A DNA stretch of 64,000 nt from Camelus dromedarius (Eukaryota), in assembly GCF_036321535.1 (NCBI RefSeq), contig NC_087447.1:34784001-34848000 (forward strand), read 5' to 3'. Positions 53,935 through 64,000 of the stretch are shown here, piece after piece. Every line of letters begins with the position of its first letter. Position 1 is the stretch's first letter. The notes beneath the pieces were generated by a model that had not been told where the DNA came from, did not search any database, and saw only the letters and a list, made by a program, of their open reading frames with translations. The position numbers were made by a program, and so were the translations under genes.

Positions 53935-54635
53935 CTAAGGGGGTAATTAAGAGAAATCCAAGCAAAAATCAGAGTCTCAAAGTGTTAACAAATCACAAGC
54001 AAAATCTTATTCCTAAATCGTAAAGGCACTGGCACAAATAATCCTAAATAGAGCATCAGTTCACATAGAGGCTCTGGAATGCCTTATTACTGTTTTCTTT
54101 CACATGTATCTTTTAATGAGACCAACACTAAAGGGGATCTGAATTCCAGAGCCTACTGACACTGACTGAGGGAAATGAGGCAGCACCTCAGAGCAGAATG
54201 AGAACTGCACCAAGGAAAAGGGAACCCAAGTTACATTTCTGGCTCTGCCAATAATCTGGGGAAAGTTTTTTCTTCCCTCTAGGCTATGAATCCTCAGTTG
54301 CTAAATTAAAGGTTTCAATAAGTGGTTTCTAGGGTCCTCATGAACCTCTAACTCCAAGTTAGTTCTAATATATGCTTCATGGCAGGACAAAGCAAATAAA
54401 ACAAAGACATTAACCACAGGCAATTTCAAGAGATTATAAACATCATTCTCCCATATATTCAAGGCAGAAAATTGTTGACAGTAATGCAAAAATTAAACAA
54501 ACAAATTTTACACCTGGTAAAAAGAAAGGTGTATAAAGATACCATGAAGATTTGACAAATGCTTACATACGCGATGTAACCAAGAATCTGCTTTTACTAT
54601 GGGAAAAACAAATTATAAAGAAAAGACTCACTCAC

Positions 54636-54698
54636 AAGACATGATGTACAAAATGTTCTAAAGTCCAGAGAGCCGGTCTCTGCGAGAGTGATGATATT
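54636..54698 (-). CDS. ZDHHC13: ZDHHC13 exon: [21 protein letters not shown]
   Basis: AG/GT boundaries, 63 nt, phase 0/0; contains the first CxxC of the Cys-rich domain. Confidence 0.95.
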
Positions 54699-55579
54699 CT
54701 GAAAGACATCAAGTGTGAACTTAATGCTTACGTTTTACTGGGGAATGGATGATGCCTGGTTATATACCATTCTCACAGCTCTCTCCAAACTGAGGTAGCT
54801 AGAAAAGCAATTAGGAAGGCTTGCCACCTTATAATTCTGTGCTTGAAATATGTGACTTTTCAAGGTTGCATTTTCAACCATAGCCAATAAATTAGAATGT
54901 ACAGAAACTACACCCCTACTTCCCGCCATGAATGGCAACAATCTCCCAGCCCTAATCTGCTAGAGAAAAATAAATACACACATATACACTCATAAAGAGG
55001 AAACAAAAAACACCTGTATACATCAGAACTAACGGTTATAAGCACCAAAGGCACAGCCTTTCAGTAACATTAGCTTTAAGTAACAAAGAAGACAACAGAG
55101 CCTCCCCAAATTCTAAATGTTCACGAGCAATGGAAGACACACCATATCATCTGACGTCTTCCTCACGTCCGAGGAAAAGAAGGGGCATCTCTTTAGCCAG
55201 TAAGGAGAAGGACTCCCCTTAACCCCTGCCTAGATACCCTCCATGTGTTTGATGGGGGAACTTAAGCTAAAAAATCATTATGTAAGTATTATTACAAAGA
55301 AGTAGGAGCTTATATCTACTGATGGAAATTGTATCTGAAAAAGCCTTGGTAGGATATTACTGTAATAGAAAATAAAAATATTTTTTAAACTTTCATATAA
55401 ATAAGCATGACAGTGGAGAAATCTCATTTTGCTGATTTAATCAACATTCACGTCACATCTATTAGGTGCCAGGCACTGGAGATGCAGCCCTGGCAAAAAC
55501 CAACATGGCTGTGACCTGCTGTAGTTTACATGCCCTCCTATTTTAAAAAAAAGTCAGTAATATTACAAAAAAAACTCAC

Positions 55580-55704
55580 CATTTTCTTTTCTTCTTCAGA
55601 AGCCTTAGTGAAGCCTGGATCAGTGGCCCAAGTCTTGTAGAAAAAGTAGAGGAAAGCTGTTATGCTGAAGATGAAAACAAAATAGACAGGGGTGCCTCCT
55701 AGAT
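55580..55704 (-). CDS. ZDHHC13: ZDHHC13 exon following the AT-AC intron: (D)[41 protein letters not shown]
   Basis: AC acceptor at 55706-55705 with a U12 branch site; GT donor at 55579-55578; 125 nt. Contains the DPG motif. Confidence 0.92.
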
Positions 55705-58700
55705 GTTAAAGCCAAGTTAAGGAACATATCAGACTTCCAGTAAAAATAGCATAATTATGATGTAAGCAAATTTTATCACTGGTGCCTAAGAATCTCTTTC
55801 TCTACATTCTAGCCTCACCTTCCCTTATGTACACACATCCCTACCCTCAAAGCTGGCCCTATCCTATGTTCTAATCCTATAGGAATTGGCTCATAGTTGG
55901 CTAATAATTAATCTCTTCTCATTAGTTGAAACTCATAAAATGTTGATAGGAATAGTTGCAATATATGAAGAACCTCCTAAAAACTGAAAAACCTTCCAGA
56001 TCCAAATAAGTTAATTTCTAATGGTGTAACTGTGGCTTTCCTGTGAGTATCTAAAACAATATTTTTCGATCATTTCACCAAAATCATTAAAAAAAAACCC
56101 CAAACCATTTAATTCAGAGATTCCAACTAAAAATATTTCCCTATATATTAGATAAACGCTTGCAAAACTTTCCTACTGTAAAGTTTATAGTATAACTTAA
56201 TCCTCGTAATTGTATTAGGTTGAGTTAATCTAGAAACAAAAGAAAATGCTCTCCTTGCAAAGTGATTACAGATCAAATATCATCTGGAAAGGCAGATATT
56301 ATGGACAAATTAAGATAAAATGATTCAAGGGTAAACATTACCCACTTTGAAGGGTTTCTGAAGTGGTACAAATTCTTTGTACAGGAAGTTAAATTTTGTT
56401 CCAGGGGAAGATATATGGATGCGCAATAATAGACCAATACACCACGAGTAAACAGTTCTCCTTGCCCAGTTTAAGTCATCATTGACACAGGAACTGTATC
56501 TGCCTTCCAAGGTTTTGCTAAGATGTCTTGTGCCAAACTTCACAGTGGAAAAGGTGGCCATAAAATACACTCTAAACCCTTGCTATTCAAAGTGTGGTCC
56601 ATGGACCCATGCACATTATAGTTTGAAAAGCACTCCTCTAATCCACAAAAACTAGCACAATCACATCTGGTTCAGGGAGACAGGAACAAATCTTGTTGGT
56701 TTAGCTTATCAGTTTATCTGCAGGTGGGCCTGCAGGGGTTTAAGAAAGAGATAGGCTTTGAAAAAGTTATGTGAAATTGAAATTTTAATTCCCATAAAAT
56801 TCTGATCAACACACATGACACAGTGTCAAAAATATATTCAGTTGAATCATATGATAATCTCACATTGAGTGGACTGAATTTAGGGCTCCTGTTCTGAATA
56901 ACCTTCAAAACAAATCCCAGGAGAATCCATGGACTCTCACCTTTCAAGTAAGCTGCATTGTACTATATTCCTTCACAGAAAATCCAGACATTCCTTGCTT
57001 TCGTGCCCTTGCTTTGTGTGGTTCATTGCCCTCAAGTGCTCCTGACTTCCCCTCATTTACTCCTAAAACCACACTTTCAGGATGTCCAAGTCCTAACTGC
57101 CTTCAAGGCCTGACTTATACCCTCCCTCCCCTTTAGGTCTTTCCTGATTCCCTACAGAAAAGGATTCTCTCCCTTCCCTGCACCTAAGAATGGTTATTCT
57201 ACGGCACTTAGCCTGGTTATAGTTATTGTGGACACCTCAGCCTCCCCTGTTAGCTTGTGACCCTTCTGAAGTTAAAAAATTTCTTGACGTGGATCTAAAA
57301 TCTGCCTTTTGGTATCTTGGACTAACTGGTTTTCCTTCTTTAGCTCCTTTTTCTACACTGTAGGTGTACATTATGGCTGTCTTATAGATATACCCTACAG
57401 AAGCTGATTCCTCTTCTGTCCAATAAATTTTGAGTGCTCATTCTGTACAATGCACTGGCTTCCAAATGACAGGCTTCCAAACACTAGAAATCAGAAGGCA
57501 GAGCTCACACCTCCATGGTAAGCAGCAGCAGCATTTCTCATACAACAAGGTTTTCTGGGTACGTTTCTCTGTTCCTGCTCACACTTGCCATTGTCTCTTT
57601 TAAAAGAACAGAATTTGAAACAGAGCAATTTTTTTTTTTTTTTTGCTTGGACACTCAAATGCTCCTTATCTATCAGTGGACACATTAGCTTCCTTGAAAG
57701 CTGCAGCACTACCCACACTGAACTTGTAGTCAAAGCCCCCCCGGCTCTTCTTCACTTGACCCAAAGCTATGTCATTCTCACCACAGTGTGTGTTTCTACA
57801 CCCTGATTCTCTGAAACCCAGTATGTAAGACTTCACATGTATGCATCCTTCTTAAACTTAACCCAGTTATAGCTGGAATCAAAAATGTAATATTCAGTGG
57901 TTCACCATCTCTTTCCTGAATCTTAATCTTACTTCCAAACTCATCAGTAAGGTCCTGTCTCTCTCAAATCCACCTCATAAAAACCAAACACATTATTGCT
58001 GAATATACAAAAAGCACCAGAAGAAACTGAAGAGCTAAACTAGAGCTGCTCATAAAATTAATTCCAACATGTAGCCTTCCCCACAGATTTTATTCATATG
58101 AGTAATTAGTAACAATAATAAAACAATAGGAATTATTTACAGAATGCCAATTATGCAATGGGGACTATGGTCAGCACTTCACAGACATCACAGCATAGTA
58201 ATCCTTGCAGCCATCCTGTGAACTTGCTACTGTGAACCCCAATTTACAGAAAAACTGAGACCCAGTGAAGTTTTTTGCCCAGTGGTATATAACTTGTAAG
58301 AAAAGAAGCCAAAGCTCCAATTCATTCTGTCTGATTCCAAAGACCATACTCTAGGGACACAGTGCCCCAGACCCTCTTCCCATGATGCGCAAGGTGGCTG
58401 CGGGGATGGAAGCCTCATGCAACCCAGACCTGGCAGCATGGGACAAGATTAGTACACATGCTCAGGATGGGTCATTCCAGGGCAGGACCTCAGTGCACAC
58501 CCACAGCAGTTCAAACAGAATTGAACATTCAGCTTGAAAAACACTGATCTGATGGTGCCACCTACTGACCAACATGCTCTCACCAGCAGCAGACTCATGT
58601 GAGTACTTGGATCACATGGCTTTATGCTGTTTCATAAGAGTAAAATACCCCTCCTGTCGACTCCAACATCTGAAGATGCTGTCTAGCTATGGAAATCAAA

Positions 58701-60442
58701 TCAGCTCTTCTGATGTAATGGCATCTTCACAAATAGTGAACAGCAGTAACCTCAACTGAATACTAACTTGAATACTAACTGAATATCTCTGTAATTGAAG
58801 TTTTGCAACTACAGTGGAGCTACATTTTTGTTAATATTGATGCTGCAAATCTGAAATAATTCAATGCAAAAACTACCTCATTTTGTGCAAATTCAGAAAT
58901 AATGTGAGTTGCCCAAATATTAAAAATTCATCAAGAAATACAATTTTAAAACCATACTTACTCCACTGCACATGAGTTGGCAAATAAAAATATCGCCTAG
59001 CCCTCTATTATGTTAATTACCCTAGAATTTACCAACCTTGGCATTTCTACAAGTGATCGAGTATTTTTATATCACATAATGATATCATCCCAGCCTTTAA
59101 TAAGTGGTGGTAGCAAGGCTAGTGCTTAAAAAGCTGCCCTCAAGTCAATAATAAGAAGACAAAGGTTAAATTAATAAAAATCTTTTGAAAAAAGTCAAGG
59201 GACCTCCATGTCAAGTTATGCCATTCATTTAGACATTTAGACTAGAAAATGTCTAAAAAATATTAGAGATAATGCTCAGAATTAAAAAGCATCATCAAAG
59301 TAAAAGCATGCTATTGTGATAGTAGATGTATGTATGCACTCTGAGAACCACATGCCTCTCTCCCTTTACATTTATTCCTATGAAAAAATATGCTTGAATT
59401 GAGTGTATGCATCTCTCTCCTAAACAGTATTCTTTATTTTCAAATGTGCCATATCAGAAAGAGAAATAACACAGAATTAAAGGAATATGCTTTAAGGTAC
59501 ATATCTACCACGTCCCTTCTTCTCCTACCCGTAAGGAAAGCAAGGCTCTAATAGCTTCCTAGGGTCCCTGGAAGGGGAGAAAGGAGCCCTGAAAGAGGCA
59601 GGAATCTTGAAAATTGGAGAAAATTCCTCCTTCCTAATGGGAGCTACAAATAGCTATAAACCAAGAAGTAACTCCTATCCTCACTTCTAGGTGACTGGGC
59701 TTGGCCAATCCTAAAAATACAATACACTCCTAAGCTAGACTTGGCCTGGGGACCCTCCTTCTCAGGAATAAGCCAATTCCTTAAATTTTTTTTTTAAAAC
59801 CATGGGCTGCCATCCATTAATTAATAGGTCATGAAAGAATTAAGTGGGCTTGACCAGCACTTTTAAAAAAGGAAACAGAATAGGATAAAGTAACAAAATA
59901 TCAGAGTAAAGCACACATTAGGATTATTATTTTCTGAAACTTGTTTCACATATGTTTTGGGTGGCAATGCAGATCTATTTTTACTGTGCATTGACAATCA
60001 CTGCCTTGGGTAACAATGCTGCACTGACCGTTGCTAAGGAGGACACATTTCCTCCAATATTCCTCCCACATGAGTCATCTTATCCAGAAGATTTATGAAC
60101 CAACTATAACTGCTGACCAAGTTAAAAGAACCGTCTGACCTTAAAAAGAAAATCAAGGCACTACAACAAGTTTCTATGTATCTAAGTAAAACAACTCATT
60201 ATATTTTTCTTTCCTATGAGTAATAAATACTAGACACCTGCTGTTTCCATAGTGTACTCTGAGATCATTTTCAGAATTGAGTAGATTCTCAACATTAAAC
60301 ATCTTCAACCAGAATCATTAAATGAATATAAATTTGACTTACATTCCCTGGATTTCTTCTAATATCTAAATTTCTAACAATGGCATTACTAATTTTTAAA
60401 AGCAAAGTGAGATATGCATTTAAATTTAAGCTTGAAGGATAT
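55705..60442 (-). other. ZDHHC13: U12-type (minor spliceosome) AT-AC intron of ZDHHC13, 4738 nt
   Basis: 5' splice site ATATCCTT (60442-60435), branch site TTCCTTAAC (55724-55716) and terminal AC (55706-55705). Splicing restores the frame ...FFP-D-LGG... Confidence 0.92.
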
Positions 60443-60543
60443 CAGGAAAGAATAAGATAAGCCAAGTCACAAATATCCAAAAAATGGAACTTAGCAGAAA
60501 GACTGTCGGTAAGTACACAAGGCTCTTATAGCTGACCAAGAAC
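60443..60543 (-). CDS. ZDHHC13: ZDHHC13 exon preceding the AT-AC intron: (R)[33 protein letters not shown](D)
   Basis: AG acceptor at 60545-60544 and U12 donor ATATCCTT; 101 nt; encodes a TM helix. Confidence 0.93.
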
Positions 60544-62269
60544 CTAAAAGAAAAAAGGAGAAACGTAGGTATTAGTGAAAACAAGTACGAATCATATTAA
60601 TTTTAGTTCTAAATCCCCTTAAATAATAATAGTAATAATAATGATGCCCTCACATAACAGCATTCACTTACTGAGTGCTACGTGCCACTTTCCATGTGGT
60701 AACAGAGTGAACACCATCATCACCCCACTTTCCTTGTGAGAAAACCGAAGAACCACGACTCTCCAGTGAATGCTCTAGCTCTTTTTTTGAAGCTCCAATG
60801 GTGTCATAGTGAATGTTCTAGTTCTTATAACTCATACATTATTTCATTCCCAACAACTGTATATTTTCAATGAATCTTTTATTTCTATTGAAACATCATA
60901 CTTGTATTTCTTTTTGGGGAGCATATCGTATTTTCAAATACTCCAAAATGTAAAAGTTTAAATACTTGGGAGATTCACCTTCACATTTAACAAGCTTTGT
61001 TCTAGAGGCTAGAAGGATATTTTTGAAATATACTGATGCACACAACCTTGAGCACTTTCATCCCATAATCAGCTTGAGAAGCAGACACTCAATATAAAAA
61101 GATACATAAAGCCTAACAGTGACACAGTCATCAAACACCAACCATCTCACTTGGGTCACAAGCAACTTGGAAGCCCACATATAACTTACTCAAATGTTTA
61201 ACGCCATAGTTTAAAAAGAAAAAAAAAATCTGCCTTTCACATTAAATACTCAATATAGCAAATCTATGCATGAATATAGTTTGCCTGGATCTATTTTAAA
61301 ATTTATACCAGAAAAAAACAATGGTTGATGATGGTATGACAGGGTTTTTAAAAAGCTATCAAGACCATAAGCACAATTATGGTGAAATAGTATTTGAGAA
61401 AAACTAAAGACCTCGAACCTCAGGCACCCAACATGCCACCAGGATAGGCCACATGGAGCCCACGTGACCTCCACAGCATGGCCTGTCTGAGATTGTGCAG
61501 CAAAATGTGTTTGACCTAATTAAGTGGTGCAGTAAACTACCTGGTTGGTAAGAGCCTGCTACTATGGCCTGTCTACCTCTGATGGGTGTCACATAGCAGC
61601 CTGGATCGATAAGCAACCTCCTGTGGAGCTTAATAATAGTGGCAGTTTACAGCTGCTCACCTCCGTGAAACTGGGACTCTACAAAGTGGGAGAGAGGAAA
61701 GCAGTATGGATAAAGCTACCATATGAATCTGTCTCTCATTTGAATTGTGCCTGTATGCTAAGCCTTGTGCAACTCACAAACCAAAGTTTCCATATAAGTT
61801 TGTAATAAGGTGGGTTTCTATTAAAACAAACAAAATCTCAAATGCCCCTATCTTAGGTGAGTAGATATTGCTAGTCTTTGCTTTCTCCCTGCAAGAAAAA
61901 GAAAAAGTGATGATTGTAATTCGGCTTCTAATTTATTTGAAGAACAAGTCAATTCAGTTAGTGGAAAACAAATGAATATCTCTAAGTTTTCTGAATAGGA
62001 GGCAATTTTAGGCATTTTGCTATTTTTCAGAAATTTGAGCTTTTATTTAACATTTTAATTCTAATTCACTTCCAGTCTTCTGTCCTGTTCTTGAGTGACC
62101 AAGGAGTAAAATTCCTCTAATGCTTTGTCTTCTGTTATGACAAAAGCAGCTCATGCTTCTACAAAATGCTGGTAAGCAAAAGAAGGACATAGGAATACTA
62201 TAATCGACCCTGAAGTGAGCAACACTCCATTTCCTTTTAGTCTTTTCTAGGCATCATTGTCGTTGCATT

Positions 62270-63170
62270 CTCTTTCACTCAGTGACTGAAAATGTTCAAC
62301 AGGAGAGACAAGTGTCCTGCTTGTTTGGGCCTCACATTGTAGGAAACGGTGACTAAGAGTCATGAAGAAAACACAATGGAGTGACCCGGAAGAGCCAGTC
62401 AGGGACATTGGAAGTGAGTCCTGAGTGACGTCTCCCGCTGGGCAACAATGTGGTATCAGAACACTTCACACAGGCACAAGCAAGAACCAGGGCTCCGGGT
62501 GGGCATGAGCTTGATGTGTTCTAGAAAGAGAAAGAAGCTCAAGGGCAGTGAAGGGAAGAGATGTCAGAAGGGAGGGAATGAATCACATAATACCTCACAG
62601 GCAAGGAGTGCGGGTTGCATTCTGAGAACAAGGAAAAGCCACTGGAGGGCTTGACATAGGGAGAAAAGACAGAAACCGGTTTGCTTTTTGAAAAGACCAC
62701 ACTGATTGCTAGGTGAGGACGACCTGTAGGGGGACAAGAGCTGGAGTCAGGAGACCAGTTAGGAGGTTGGTCTGGCTGAAGAGACGGAGATCACAGACCA
62801 ACTGAGGTGGAGCAGGAAGGCCTTGGTAATGCGCTGGGTGTGGGAGGTAAGGAGAAGGGTAGAAGAGAAGAGGACAGCAATCCGAGGGTGACACCCATTA
62901 TTCCCGTGAGGAACTGGATACCACTCTTCTGGGAAAGGGAGGCGTGAAGAAGAGATTGGGGTGTGATGCGATTATTGAGCACTGTGTGTCAGCCAGGGGT
63001 CTACCACGGTATACATATAAATCATGAAGCAGGCACTGTCACAATTATCATCCTCATTTTATGAAGATGAAGAAACTGAGGCACAGAGAGGTAAAGCAAC
63101 TTGTTCAAGGTCGGACGGCTGTGTGGTAAAGCTTGACTTGAACCCAGGCACTCTAACTCTTAACCAGTGA
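62270..63170 (-). mobile_element. L2 fragment followed by a MIR (~63000-63170)
   Basis: L2-like purine-rich pattern, then the MIR core 'atcctcattttatgaagatgaagaaactgaggcacagagaggtaaagcaacttgttcaaggtc...cttgaacccagg'. Confidence 0.65.
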
Positions 63171-63663
63171 CTATATATAATCTTGCATGAATAGTGTCCA
63201 AAAACTAGAACCATACCATAGTTACTATTTTATAACTTCTTATGATTTAATTAAGTTGTTTCAACTAAAAAACACTAAGAGTAAAAATAACCAGCTCAAA
63301 ATGAATTTAGGTTTAGAAAAGGAAACAACAAAATTTCTGAAAAATGAGCAAAAATACCTCAAGATGCCAAATAGTTACAAAAATCTCCCCATTGTTCACC
63401 AAAACTAACAATTTAAAAGGTGAGCTAGGTAGGATATTTATTTTCCACCAATTGTCAATTCATTTGAATTACTGGATTGACCAATTTGCTTCCAGTCAAA
63501 TCATATGCCACCAAAGCCCTTCTCTCTCACCCTGAGGATATTTCTATGTGATAAGTAGCATTCATAGTTTAATAAAAATATCTGATTTCAGCCAATTAAT
63601 AATAGAAATAAGCACTCAGATTGGAAATGCGATAATCAGTCTTACAAAGACTAATATACACAC

Positions 63664-63797
63664 CTTGGAAACAAAGATGTCAGAAAAAACAATGTTACTA
63701 GAAGAGATCCTTTCAAAAGCCAAGAATCTGAATTGAAGTCCAGTATGTACCCAACGGCCCACATGGTAGTCACAGAAAGCATCAGCAGCAGGAAGAG
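63664..63797 (-). CDS. ZDHHC13: ZDHHC13 exon (most 5' in this window): [44 protein letters not shown](R)
   Basis: AG/GT boundaries, 134 nt. The nine exons total 996 nt = 331 aa plus stop in one open frame. The ankyrin-repeat exons would lie beyond the window. Confidence 0.94.
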
Positions 63798-64000
63798 CTG
63801 TTAAGAGATTCAGAATTTTGAAGGATTAACTTTATGGATTTTTATCTCCTGAGACTCTAATAATAATTAGTTCAATAGAAGAGCTACTTCCTAAATATAT
63901 TATACAATAACAATTAATACAACAGCAGAATATAGTTTTTTTTTCGAAACTGCTGATTGACAAATTTGAAGTTTGAGAAATTCCAAATCCTGCAAACAAT

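Noticed and set aside
59228..59257. 11-bp perfect hairpin TTTAGACATTT / AAATGTCTAAA
   Set aside because: AT-rich and short, plausible by chance in 64 kb, and too small for a pre-miRNA.
61400..61810. GC-richer intronic patch with ORFs 61404..61616 and 61545..61805
   Set aside because: The ZDHHC13 frame is complete without it and no protein family is recognisable; possibly an old repeat remnant.

Overview
This is mammalian (eukaryotic) genomic DNA, probably from a camelid, judged from a tRNA-Ala-like SINE and a young L1 3' end. It shows the E2F8-CSRP3-ZDHHC13 gene order I recall from human 11p15.1. Three genes are present. (1) The last coding exon and 3' UTR of E2F8 (+, 124-~880). (2) The complete CSRP3/muscle LIM protein gene (+): promoter and non-coding exon 1 at ~16.8 kb, and five coding exons from 25413 to 34503 that splice to an intact 194-aa two-LIM protein. 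(3) The last nine coding exons of ZDHHC13/HIP14L (-, 63797 down to 43410), giving 331 C-terminal aa including the DQHC motif. The rest is intronic or intergenic DNA rich in old repeats (L1, L2, MIR, MaLR/ERVL LTRs, hAT-Charlie MITEs) and microsatellites. Most ORFs in the supplied track are spurious. I found no convincing novel multi-gene system. The most notable signals are: a U12-type AT-AC minor-spliceosome intron in ZDHHC13 with a competing in-frame AG; a preserved NMD-escaping MLP-b frame in CSRP3; candidate muscle enhancers in CSRP3 introns 1 and 2; a SINE that still folds as a tRNA with Ala identity (G3:U70) but an Ile anticodon; overlapping miR-144 and Pumilio sites in the E2F8 3' UTR; and an old local duplication between the two convergent genes. 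Repeat family names and orthologue comparisons come from memory, not from a search.
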